Assembly: GCA_902521725.1 (NCBI GenBank)
Contig: CABYTF010000001.1
Location: forward strand, 254,386-318,385
Origin: an uncultured Gammaproteobacteria bacterium
GTDB taxonomy: Bacteria > Pseudomonadota > Gammaproteobacteria > GCA-002705445 > GCA-002716945
Direction of reading: 5' to 3'
DNA: 64,000 nucleotides
How positions within the stretch are numbered: position 1 is the first letter of the stretch; every line of letters begins with the position of its first letter. Made by a program: the position numbers and the translations under genes. Shown in pieces: positions 45,368-54,911 of the stretch. The notes below the pieces were generated by a model, which worked only from the letters and a program-made list of their open reading frames with translations, was not told the DNA's origin and ran no database searches.

Positions 45368-47026
45368 TTGTCTATGAATAATAAATGGATAGAACAATAC
45401 CCAAATAATCTTAATAGCGAAATTGACTCTATAGATGACAGTACAGTTACTGATTTATTGGAGTCTGCTGTTAATAAATTTTCTTCAAAAACAGCATTCT
45501 ACTCACTCAATACATCTATAGATTATAAAATGACCAGCTTGCTATCCAAGAGAATAGCTGCTTACCTTCAATATTTAGGTGTAACCAAAGATACTAAAAT
45601 TGCCATAATGCTGCCAAATTTACTGACATATCCCATAACATTGTTTGGTTCTTATTACTGTGGAGCCACGGTTGTTAATATTAACCCAATGTATAAATCA
45701 CGTGAGATAAATGACATCCTAATTGACTCAGAAGCAGAATACATATTTGTTCTAGATAAATTTTATCAGGAACTTCAACCGTGCATACCTGACTCCAAGA
45801 TAAAAAAAATCATTGTCTGTAAGATAACTGATCTTTTAAGTCCGTTTATGCGAGTGTTAATTCCAATAGTAATGCTCTACAAGAAGCAGTCAGTGAGTAT
45901 AAAAAAACAAAATAATATTGTTTTTTTTAAAGATATTATATCCAATAACTTTTCATTCGAAGACATATTGATTGATGAAAATGATATAGCGCTTCTTCAA
46001 TACACAGGTGGGACAACTGGAAAATCTAAAGCAGCAATGCTGACACATAAGAATCTTTTAAGTAACGTTCAGCAAGTCTCGAATTGGATCGAGCCACACA
46101 TAAAGCAGGGTCAGGAGATTATTATCACTGCATTACCTTTGTTCCATATCTTCTCATTTACAGTCAACTGTCTCACGTTTCTTAAATTTGGCTCAGAGAA
46201 TGTTTTAATAGCAAATCCAAGAGATCTAGATTCTTTTATCAAAGTATTATATAAAAAAAAGTTTACAGTAATTACTGCTGTGAACACGTTATTTAATCTT
46301 CTTCTTACAAGCAGAAAATTTAGGGACCTAGACTTCTCAAATTTCAAATTTTCAGTTGGTGGAGGTATGGCGGTACTCAGCGATACAGCAAAAAAGTGGA
46401 GAGATGTAACAGGCACAAATATAACTCAAGGATATGGGCTAACCGAGACATCGCCAGTAGTAGCTATCAATCGAATTGACGATCCCTTTAATGGATATAT
46501 CGGCTTACCCGTTCAATCAACAAAAATAAAAATAATAGATAATGATGAAAATATATTAGGTTGTAATCAAGCCGGCGAACTGTGTGTTCGTGGCCCCCAA
46601 GTTATGTCTGGGTATTGGAAAATTTCAAATGAAAATAATAAATACTTTACTGACGATGGTTTTTTCAAGACGGGAGATATTGCCACAATGAGTGATGAGG
46701 GTTACCTCAAGATTGTGGATAGAAAAAAGGACATGATTATATCTTCCGGATATAATGTTTATCCGAACGAACTTGAGGATTATTTAGCTACCCATCCTGA
46801 TATTCTCGAGGCCGGAGTAATTGGAGTTGATGATAAAAATAGAGGAGAGTATATAAAAGCATTTGTTGTTTCAAAGAATGAGCATCTTTCATCCTCAGAT
46901 ATAATAGCTTTTTGTAAAAATGGACTGACTGAATATAAAGTTCCAAAAAGAATTGTTTTCATAAAAGAGCTACCTAAAACTAATGTCGGAAAAATTCTAA
47001 GAAGAGAGTTAAGAGAGCTAAATTAA
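45368..47026 (+). CDS. fadD: long-chain-fatty-acid--CoA ligase
   Basis: 552 aa; AMP-binding motif YTGGTTGKSKAA and the adenylate-forming superfamily layout. Confidence 0.85.
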   Translation: MSMNNKWIEQYPNNLNSEIDSIDDSTVTDLLESAVNKFSSKTAFYSLNTSIDYKMTSLLSKRIAAYLQYLGVTKDTKIAIMLPNLLTYPITLFGSYYCGATVVNINPMYKSREINDILIDSEAEYIFVLDKFYQELQPCIPDSKIKKIIVCKITDLLSPFMRVLIPIVMLYKKQSVSIKKQNNIVFFKDIISNNFSFEDILIDENDIALLQYTGGTTGKSKAAMLTHKNLLSNVQQVSNWIEPHIKQGQEIIITALPLFHIFSFTVNCLTFLKFGSENVLIANPRDLDSFIKVLYKKKFTVITAVNTLFNLLLTSRKFRDLDFSNFKFSVGGGMAVLSDTAKKWRDVTGTNITQGYGLTETSPVVAINRIDDPFNGYIGLPVQSTKIKIIDNDENILGCNQAGELCVRGPQVMSGYWKISNENNKYFTDDGFFKTGDIATMSDEGYLKIVDRKKDMIISSGYNVYPNELEDYLATHPDILEAGVIGVDDKNRGEYIKAFVVSKNEHLSSSDIIAFCKNGLTEYKVPKRIVFIKELPKTNVGKILRRELRELN

Positions 47027-48066
47027 TCCTCAAAAACAATCAGGTGGTCTAAGTCAAGCTTTACTCCGATTACTTCGTTTAAACTATGATTATGATGACT
47101 GGGCGCATAACAATATACAGTTTGCTTATCTTTTAACTCCAATCTATATAAAAAATCTGAACCACGGAATGTTTTCTCAATGACTTTTGCAGATGCTATA
47201 GCATGATCATCGTGTATAATGTCATCCGGGCGAACTAACATACGCACCTCATCACCTTTATTATAGCCTTCAGTACTTGCTACAAAGTCTCCAAGGACAG
47301 AACTAAGATGACTTGAGTCCTTCACGGTAGCTTTTATGTAACTTGAAATACCAAAAAAGTTAGCAATTTCTTTAGATACAGGTTTATGATACAAGTCATA
47401 TGGATCTGCATATTGTATTATTGTATTTTCACTTATAAACGCAATTTTATCTGACATTTTAAATGCCTCTTCGGTACTATGTGTGATTAGAATCGCTGTA
47501 ATTTTCTCAGACTTTATAAGTTTTTTGATATCATTCATCAATCCATCTTTAAGTTCATAATCAAGAGCACTGAAAGGCTCATCGAGTAATAGTAATTTAG
47601 GACCGGGCGCAATAGCCCTTGCGATAGCCACTCTCTGCTGTTGACCACCGGATATCTGATCCGGGTAACGATGTTTTATATCAACAATATTAAGAATCTC
47701 TTCTAGTTTTTCTGCTCTGTCAAACTGTTGTTTTTTTGATAATGTATTTAGACCAAAGCAAATATTTTCCCTCACAGTCAGATGAGGAAATAACGCAAGA
47801 TCTTGAAATATAACACCGACATTTCGTTTTGAGACATCCTCTCTTTTTTTTGAGTCATCAACAATTTTCTCGTCGATATATATATAGCCTGCGGTTATAT
47901 TATGAAATCCTGCAATCGATCGAATTAGAGATGTTTTTCCAGAAGCACTTGAGCCCATTAGTGACACTATATCTCCATCAATAACCTCAAGATTGACATT
48001 ATTGAGAACAACTTTTGAATCAAGAGTAATGTTTACCTTTTCTAATTTGAGTTTAGTGTCTGACAT
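47023..48066 (-). CDS. fbpC: Fe(3+) ABC transporter ATP-binding protein
   Basis: 347 aa; Walker A GSSASGKTS; LSGGQQQR signature; C-terminal TOBE-like domain. Confidence 0.85.
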   Translation of the reverse strand: MSDTKLKLEKVNITLDSKVVLNNVNLEVIDGDIVSLMGSSASGKTSLIRSIAGFHNITAGYIYIDEKIVDDSKKREDVSKRNVGVIFQDLALFPHLTVRENICFGLNTLSKKQQFDRAEKLEEILNIVDIKHRYPDQISGGQQQRVAIARAIAPGPKLLLLDEPFSALDYELKDGLMNDIKKLIKSEKITAILITHSTEEAFKMSDKIAFISENTIIQYADPYDLYHKPVSKEIANFFGISSYIKATVKDSSHLSSVLGDFVASTEGYNKGDEVRMLVRPDDIIHDDHAIASAKVIEKTFRGSDFLYRLELKDKQTVYCYAPSHHNHSLNEVIGVKLDLDHLIVFED

Positions 48067-49669
48067 TCTTTATAATACCTTTAGAAAGTATTATAACTGG
48101 AATTAGACAAATTATTATTAAAATAAGACCGGGTAAACCAATTGAAGATAAATTTTCAGCTTCCGCTAATTCATATAAATGGACTGGCAACGTATTAAAA
48201 TTGAAGGGCCTTAAAATTAATGTCATTGGAAGTTCTTTTACAATATCCACGAAAAGAAGAATCGTAGCAGAGGAAATTGTTGGAAGAAGTATAGGTAAAT
48301 GTACTCTGATGAGTGTCTGTAATTTTGAATATCCAAAGCTTGAGGCCAGAAGATCATAGCTATTTGATATTTTATTGAAGCCAGAGTCTATAGTTTTAAT
48401 GGAGATAGTTGAAAAACGAACTAGATAAGCTATTAGCAAAAGAAAAAATGTTCCTGATAAGAGATTTTCTGGTGGATAATCTAATACACTTGATATAGCT
48501 TTTTCAATATATGAAGTTGGGGTGATTATGCCTACAGCTAAAACGACACCCGGGATAGCATAGCCAAGTGAAAATATTTTTATGGACAATCTCGTTAATA
48601 TGTTTTTTGTGACCCTTGATATGAATGCTATATTGAGTGTAAATAAAACAATTACTATTGCCCCTATTAGAGCGATACTTGCGCTTGATGTAATTAGCTC
48701 TAAAATCAATAAAATATTTACTCTATCTAATGAATAAGATATCCAATAAAATATTTGAAAAAATTGTAGAATAGAACCAAAAAAAACTATTAAACTGCAT
48801 AAAATTACTAGTTGAGTTTTATTTTTAGGTACTTCTTTTTTTCTCTCGTAGATCTTATTCGTTGGATTATCAAATTTTCTGTTACCACGGGACATCTCCT
48901 CAAAATAAATTAGAAAGAATACGAGTGTCAGAAGAATAGAAGATAATCTAAAAGAGCTGACCTCATCACCTAAGACAAACCATGCTCTAAAGATGCCAGT
49001 TGCAAAAGTTGGTACTCCAAAGTACTCCATAGTTGCGTACTCTGCTAATGTTTCCATGATAACAAAGCTTATACCTGCTACTACGGAGGGTCTTACGATA
49101 GGTAAAGCAATCTTGGTAAGTCTTTGATATGTATTTAATCCAACAGATTTTCCAACCTCAAATACACTATAAGAATGATTAGCAAACGCGGGTAAGCAAA
49201 GCAAGTAAACATATGGGTATAGGCTTATTGTCATTATGAAAATTACGCCATAGATATTTTGTATGTCATATAAATTATAAACATATGGCCCTAGCCCAAA
49301 GTAGTAATCCATTACGTTGAATAATAACCCTGACGTCTCATTTAAGCCCGAGTATATATAACCATTTACGTAGGTAGGTATAGCCATAGGTAGTATTAGT
49401 AGCCATTTAAAAGCATTCACGCCAGGGAATTCATACATACTAACTATCCATGCTAATGATGTACCGATGATTACAGTGAATGCTGCGACAAAAATCACAA
49501 TTATAAGTGAATTCACCACATAATCTTGAAGAAGATAAGTTTGTATATGTAACCATACTTCTGAGGACTCAGAAAATATATTTAAAAAAATAAAAACAAC
49601 TGGCACCAAGAATATTAATACAAATATCAGTGTTAATGAGTTATTTAAGGTATCAGTTTTATTTGACAA
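48053..49669 (-). CDS. fbpB: Fe(3+) ABC transporter permease (duplicated-domain)
   Basis: 538 aa; two 6-TM permease modules, as in FbpB/HitB. Confidence 0.85.
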   Translation of the reverse strand: MSNKTDTLNNSLTLIFVLIFLVPVVFIFLNIFSESSEVWLHIQTYLLQDYVVNSLIIVIFVAAFTVIIGTSLAWIVSMYEFPGVNAFKWLLILPMAIPTYVNGYIYSGLNETSGLLFNVMDYYFGLGPYVYNLYDIQNIYGVIFIMTISLYPYVYLLCLPAFANHSYSVFEVGKSVGLNTYQRLTKIALPIVRPSVVAGISFVIMETLAEYATMEYFGVPTFATGIFRAWFVLGDEVSSFRLSSILLTLVFFLIYFEEMSRGNRKFDNPTNKIYERKKEVPKNKTQLVILCSLIVFFGSILQFFQIFYWISYSLDRVNILLILELITSSASIALIGAIVIVLFTLNIAFISRVTKNILTRLSIKIFSLGYAIPGVVLAVGIITPTSYIEKAISSVLDYPPENLLSGTFFLLLIAYLVRFSTISIKTIDSGFNKISNSYDLLASSFGYSKLQTLIRVHLPILLPTISSATILLFVDIVKELPMTLILRPFNFNTLPVHLYELAEAENLSSIGLPGLILIIICLIPVIILSKGIIKNVRH

Positions 49670-49675
49670 GTTTAA

Positions 49676-50707
49676 TTATTTCCAGCCAGCAATATCAAAG
49701 ATCTTTCCGGCCTCATCATTAAGCCTTCCGAGATTCGTTAGATTCATATTATCCATCTTAAATGGATATCCCCATGACTTTACAATTTCTGATACTTTTA
49801 TATCTTGTCTAATCGGATATTCATGATTTTTTCTTGCATAAATTTCTTGCGCTGTATCACCTGCAAGAAATTCTAATAGTCGTATCGCATTAGCTTTGTT
49901 CTTTGCATTGCTTGTTACAAATCCCCCGCTTATGTTAATGTGTGAACCTCTATTATCTTGATTGGGGAAAAGTACTTTTATTTGTTTTGCATATGATTTT
50001 TCTGTTTCTTTTTTTGATGAAATCCATTTGCCTAAATAATACGTATTAGCAATAGTTACATCACATTTTCCCAGAACAACTGCCGTCATTTGTCCTCTAT
50101 CATTACCCTTAGGTTCTCTAGAAAAATTTTTTACAACACCTTTAGCCCAATCTAATGCTGCTTGATCTCCATTATGGAATAATAGTGACGCAAGTAATGA
50201 CTGATTATAAATATTACTTGATGACCTGATACATACGCGGCCAGCGAGATTGTCATCAGCTAAATTCTCATAGTTCATAATTTCTTCTGGGTTGATTGCA
50301 GCTGGATTATACATGATTACTCTTGATCTCACTGACAGACCATACCAATGGCCATCCTTATCTCTCAAGTTTTTAGGAACTAGTTGATTCAATAATTTAG
50401 AGTCTATTTTCTGAGAAATATTCTTTAACTTCGCATCATGTAAATTTCCTGCGTCAACAGTAATTAAGAGGTCAGCAGGGCTATTTTCCCCCTCATCTAA
50501 TATCTTTTTGATCAGTACTTTTGTTTTAGCGGTTAAGATATTTACTTTGATACCTGTATCCTTTTCAAAAATATCAATCAGAGGTCTTAGTAAATGTTCT
50601 TTCCTAGCAGTATATAAATTCACTTCTTCTGCAACAGCACTACTAAAGCAACCTGTTGTAAAAACTGCCGGCAAAACGAGGTATATGTATATAAATTTTT
50701 TAAACAT
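49676..50707 (-). CDS. fbpA: periplasmic Fe(3+)-binding protein
   Basis: 343 aa; signal peptide; ferric-binding-protein family layout. Confidence 0.82.
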   Translation of the reverse strand: MFKKFIYIYLVLPAVFTTGCFSSAVAEEVNLYTARKEHLLRPLIDIFEKDTGIKVNILTAKTKVLIKKILDEGENSPADLLITVDAGNLHDAKLKNISQKIDSKLLNQLVPKNLRDKDGHWYGLSVRSRVIMYNPAAINPEEIMNYENLADDNLAGRVCIRSSSNIYNQSLLASLLFHNGDQAALDWAKGVVKNFSREPKGNDRGQMTAVVLGKCDVTIANTYYLGKWISSKKETEKSYAKQIKVLFPNQDNRGSHINISGGFVTSNAKNKANAIRLLEFLAGDTAQEIYARKNHEYPIRQDIKVSEIVKSWGYPFKMDNMNLTNLGRLNDEAGKIFDIAGWK

Positions 50708-50714
50708 TGTAAAT

Positions 50715-50736
50715 AAGAATGATAATCATTATTATC
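50715..50736 (-). promoter_or_regulatory. Fur box upstream of fbpABC
   Basis: aagAATGATAATCATTATtatc contains a perfect 15-mer AATGATAATCATTAT of the 19-bp Fur consensus GATAATGATAATCATTATC, 8-29 nt upstream of the fbpA start. Confidence 0.7.
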
Positions 50737-50858
50737 AGATTTAAGCATAAATTCAAGGAAATTCTTGGGTACTTTTTAGCAATTAACAATAACCCACTAA
50801 TTTCCCAACTGTTGAATACATGCTATAGTTTCCTTTAAATTCTAGTAGGGTAAAAAAA

Positions 50859-51779
50859 ATGATAATGTCAGACCTTAAAGGTAAAATATGGATGGACGGA
50901 GATTTACTCGAGTGGTCAGATGCTAAAATACATGTTCTCACGCACACACTTCATTACGGCACGGGAGTATTTGAAGGTGTTAGGGCATATGAGACATCAG
51001 CAGGTCCAGCTATCTTTAGGTTAAATGACCACACCAAAAGACTGTTCCATTCTGCTGATTTAATTGGCATGTCTATTCCTTATAGTCCTGAAGAATTAAA
51101 TGATGCACAGGCTAATATAGTCAGAGAAAATAAACTAAATAATGCCTATATAAGACCAATGTGTTTTTATGGTTCAGAGGGCATGGGTTTAAGAGCCGAT
51201 AATTTAAAAGTTCATGTATGTATCGCAGCATGGGATTGGGGTTCTTATCTTGGCGATGATAAAATTACCAATGGCATAAAAGTTAAAGTTACAGATTTCC
51301 CAAAAAGATGTGAGAAAAGTATGCTTCATAAAGCTAAAGCCTCTGGCAATTATTTATACTCCATGTTGGCATTAAAAGATGCTTTAAACTCTGGTTTTGA
51401 TGAAGCTTTGATTTTAGACGTCGATAACAATGTCAACGAGGGTTCTGGCGAAAACTTTTTTATGGTTAAAGATGATATACTATATACACCTAGAGATCAT
51501 ACAGTGCTAAATGGGATCACAAGACAGACTATTATTGATATATCCGATGATTTAGACTTGGAAGTTTTTGAGAAAGATATTTCTGTTGATGATGTAAAGT
51601 TAGCAGATGAAGCTTTCTTCACGGGAACAGCAGCTGAGGTAACACCTGTCGTCCAAGTAGACCAATCTAAAATAGGCAATGGCATGACAGGAAAAATTAC
51701 AAGAAAAATCCAAAAAGAATATTTCGATTTGATTAGGGGTAAAAATACGAAATATGATCACTGGTTAACACGAGTCTAA
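50859..51779 (+). CDS. ilvE: branched-chain-amino-acid aminotransferase
   Basis: 306 aa; collinear with E. coli IlvE (WxxGxLxxWxDAKxHV..HxLHYG). Confidence 0.92.
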   Translation: MIMSDLKGKIWMDGDLLEWSDAKIHVLTHTLHYGTGVFEGVRAYETSAGPAIFRLNDHTKRLFHSADLIGMSIPYSPEELNDAQANIVRENKLNNAYIRPMCFYGSEGMGLRADNLKVHVCIAAWDWGSYLGDDKITNGIKVKVTDFPKRCEKSMLHKAKASGNYLYSMLALKDALNSGFDEALILDVDNNVNEGSGENFFMVKDDILYTPRDHTVLNGITRQTIIDISDDLDLEVFEKDISVDDVKLADEAFFTGTAAEVTPVVQVDQSKIGNGMTGKITRKIQKEYFDLIRGKNTKYDHWLTRV

Positions 51780-51780
51780 A

Positions 51781-52710
51781 ATGTTTAAGAAAAAGAATGT
51801 TCTTGTTGTCGGCGATATAATGCTAGACAAATATAGTCATGGTATCGTAAATAGAATCTCGCCGGAGGCTCCAGTGCCTATCGTCGACATAAAAAAGACT
51901 GTTTTTAAGCCGGGTGGTGCATCAAACGTCGCTCAAAACTTATCAGCACTTGGTATGAGTGTATCTTTACTGGGAATTACTGGTGATGACCCCGAGCTTA
52001 AGGAGCTAATTAAAGTGTTAAGACATACTTCCATAAAGTTTGATCCGGTAAAAGATTTATCCATAAGAACAACTCTTAAGTCTAGAATAATTGGTAATGA
52101 TCAACATCTTATGAGGCTTGATCATGAAGATAAGAATAAATCAAATATGCATGATTCTTTATATAAGAAAGTTGTAAAGCATGCGCAAGACTCAGACTTG
52201 ATTGTAATATCTGATTATGACAAAGGCGCTATAAAACCAATCGCTAGCAAAATAATAAATTATGCTAACGAGCATAAAATTAAAGTAATTATCGATCCCA
52301 AAGGATCAGATTACTCTATGTATGCGGGGTCATACTTAGTAAAACCAAATGAGCTTGAGTTTGAGACAATAGTTGGTAAACCAAAAAATAAACAAGATAT
52401 GATAAAAAGAGGTAAGGAATTAAAAGAGTCCCTAAACCTAGACGCACTTTTATTAACACTTGGTAAGAATGGTATGATGCTTTTTCATAAAAAGTCAGTC
52501 ATTTCTTTTGCTACATCCCAAAAGGAGGTTTATGATGTAACAGGAGCAGGTGATACAGTGATATCAGTTTTAGCAGCATCTCTATCATCAAACAAGACTC
52601 TAAAAAAATCATGTGAACTGGCTAATGTGGCTGCGGGGCTATCTATACAACACCTAGGTACCGTGAGTGTAAGTAAGTCTGATCTTAATAATGCAATTAG
52701 AAAACTCTAA
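51781..52710 (+). CDS. hldA: D-glycero-beta-D-manno-heptose-7-phosphate kinase (HldE domain I as a separate gene)
   Basis: 309 aa; ribokinase/PfkB fold; GAGDT anion-hole motif near the C-terminus. Confidence 0.85.
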   Translation: MFKKKNVLVVGDIMLDKYSHGIVNRISPEAPVPIVDIKKTVFKPGGASNVAQNLSALGMSVSLLGITGDDPELKELIKVLRHTSIKFDPVKDLSIRTTLKSRIIGNDQHLMRLDHEDKNKSNMHDSLYKKVVKHAQDSDLIVISDYDKGAIKPIASKIINYANEHKIKVIIDPKGSDYSMYAGSYLVKPNELEFETIVGKPKNKQDMIKRGKELKESLNLDALLLTLGKNGMMLFHKKSVISFATSQKEVYDVTGAGDTVISVLAASLSSNKTLKKSCELANVAAGLSIQHLGTVSVSKSDLNNAIRKL

Positions 52711-53182
52711 ATTAATCACTGATATTGATAGCTTAAAATCTATCCTTAAAGATCAACAAAAATCAGGGAAACGTGTAGTCTTTACAAATGGTTGCTTCGA
52801 TATAATTCATCCAGGCCATATTTTTATTCTCGAGCAAGCTAAATTAAAAGGAGACATTCTTGTTGTCGGACTTAATTCTGATCAGTCTATCAAAAGTTTC
52901 AAGTCAGATCTCAGACCTATTTGCTCGCAGGATGATCGGGCGTATGTTCTTGCAGGCTTAGCATCTGTAGATTATATTTTTATATTCAACGAAGACACAC
53001 CTGAGAGAATCATAATGGAAATATCACCTGACGTATTAGTGAAAGGCAAAGATTATAAGATTGAAGATATAGCTGGTGCTGACTATATGTTGAAAGAAAA
53101 TAAAAAAATTGAATTGGTTGATATCATAGATAAAAAGTCTTCAACAGGAATCATAGAGAGCATAAAGAAGCTTATTTCTTAA
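52691..53182 (+). CDS. hldC: D-glycero-beta-D-manno-heptose-1-phosphate adenylyltransferase (HldE domain II as a separate gene)
   Basis: 163 aa; cytidylyltransferase motif FTNGCFDIIHPGH; 20-nt out-of-frame overlap with the kinase gene. Confidence 0.85.
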   Translation: MQLENSKLITDIDSLKSILKDQQKSGKRVVFTNGCFDIIHPGHIFILEQAKLKGDILVVGLNSDQSIKSFKSDLRPICSQDDRAYVLAGLASVDYIFIFNEDTPERIIMEISPDVLVKGKDYKIEDIAGADYMLKENKKIELVDIIDKKSSTGIIESIKKLIS

Positions 53183-54185
53183 TTATTTCTTTAATTTTGG
53201 CTTTAACATCATCAATAGTTATTAAACTCATTGCACTTGGATCTCTGACCCTTTCACCCCATTTGATACTACTTTTCTTCTTGCTTGAAAATTTATCTAA
53301 AGCTTCAGAATACTTATCGATTACATGTTCAAGTTTTTGATAAGGTCCTGTTCTTTGAGGATTAGAGGTAGCATATAACCCTATTGCAGGTTTATTAATC
53401 ATCCTTGCCATATGAAGTGTTCCTGAATCTGGACCAATATATAACTTGCTTAAATTAAGTACTGATAACATTTCACTTAAACTAGTTTTATTGATTAAAT
53501 TTATTATATTCGAATTTTCACCAAAACAACCCATAACCTTTTTGATTTTTTCGTGATTAGTTTTACCTAGAATTACTGTATTTAGTGAATATTGATTCTT
53601 GCAATACTCAGATATCGTAGCAAAATTATCATAGCTCCATTCTCTGTAATTATTCGATCTTACACTCGTAAAAGGATTAATTGCAATAAAGGGCTGTAAA
53701 CTATACAAGTTATTATTCTTTATAAATTGATCGTTATTACAGAGAATATTTTCGCATTGCCAATCTATAACTCTTTTTTTGATATTTATTTTTTCTAGAA
53801 AACCAAAAAAATGATCAATCACATGCGACCCTCTAGTTTCTATATCATTAAATGTGACATTAACTCTACCATTGATTATATTTGCAATTAATTTTGATCT
53901 TAGAGATTTTTGCATATGAAAGACAACATCAAATTGATAATTTTTAAATAGACTTCGCATCTCAAAAATTGAATCGAGTGTCTTTTTTTTATCCACAACA
54001 ATAAAGTCAATATTTTTTAGATTTTTAACTAACTCATGCTCAGTTTTTCCAATTACCCAACTTATTTTTGATTTTGGGTACACATCTCTAATTGTAGATA
54101 TTATTGGTATTACATGAGTAACGTCACCTATTGAGGATAATCTTAGAATACATATCGATATTGATGTATTATTATCTTTGACCAT
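53172..54185 (-). CDS. ADP-heptose:LPS heptosyltransferase (GT9; WaaC/WaaF family)
   Basis: 337 aa; N-terminal ICILRLSSIGDV (compare WaaF ILVIGPSWVGDM) and the GT9 C-terminal domain. Confidence 0.8.
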   Translation of the reverse strand: MVKDNNTSISICILRLSSIGDVTHVIPIISTIRDVYPKSKISWVIGKTEHELVKNLKNIDFIVVDKKKTLDSIFEMRSLFKNYQFDVVFHMQKSLRSKLIANIINGRVNVTFNDIETRGSHVIDHFFGFLEKINIKKRVIDWQCENILCNNDQFIKNNNLYSLQPFIAINPFTSVRSNNYREWSYDNFATISEYCKNQYSLNTVILGKTNHEKIKKVMGCFGENSNIINLINKTSLSEMLSVLNLSKLYIGPDSGTLHMARMINKPAIGLYATSNPQRTGPYQKLEHVIDKYSEALDKFSSKKKSSIKWGERVRDPSAMSLITIDDVKAKIKEIIKK

Positions 54186-54911
54186 ATGATAAAAACAAAA
54201 TTCGGTTCAATTGTCTCACACAAGTTTAACAACCAGTATATCTGTTACGATTCATCTATCCAACCGATTCTTAAAGATAGAATACTCGCATCGCTAGATT
54301 CTGATGAGTTTAGACTTTCAAATACCTCAAATTTTCTTGACTTAAATAATGGGCTAATAAAAAAACATTTCTGTAGAAAAGGCGCAATGCATTTATTTAA
54401 TGATAACTACTTTTTCTATGGTTTGAAGAACACCCGTCCTATAAGAGAACAGAAAAATTATATGGATTTTATGAATATAGTAAAGAATTCAAAAAATGAG
54501 TGGGTAATAAGTAAACTAGAGTTATGCATGCCTATATTCTCATATGTGAAAAGAAGCAACTTATTTTATAAAGGAGACATTATTCTTTCAAAAATATCGG
54601 GTGAGACACTTGATAAAACTCTGATGAAACGCCTCAAGCTGAATATAGAGGAAGAGATTGGACTATGTTTTAGATTTTTATTCAATAATGGCATTTATAA
54701 TTTCGACATGAACCTAACAAATATTATTTATAACCAGGAGTCCGATAAATTATCATTCATAGACTTTGATAAGGTTGCTATAAATTCACATAAGGTAAAC
54801 TCTCAGAACTATTCATCACGTGTAGTTGGTAAGTTTAGAGATTCACTTAAGAAATATGATTTATTTGCAAAATTTGATTGGGATAAGTTTATCAGATCGG
54901 TTTATGGATAA
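54186..54911 (+). CDS. kdkA: 3-deoxy-D-manno-octulosonic acid (Kdo) kinase / LPS kinase family
   Basis: 241 aa; protein-kinase-like core (HNDLNxxNII-like NFDMNLTNIIY, then IDFDK); adjacent to waaA. Confidence 0.55.
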   Translation: MIKTKFGSIVSHKFNNQYICYDSSIQPILKDRILASLDSDEFRLSNTSNFLDLNNGLIKKHFCRKGAMHLFNDNYFFYGLKNTRPIREQKNYMDFMNIVKNSKNEWVISKLELCMPIFSYVKRSNLFYKGDIILSKISGETLDKTLMKRLKLNIEEEIGLCFRFLFNNGIYNFDMNLTNIIYNQESDKLSFIDFDKVAINSHKVNSQNYSSRVVGKFRDSLKKYDLFAKFDWDKFIRSVYG

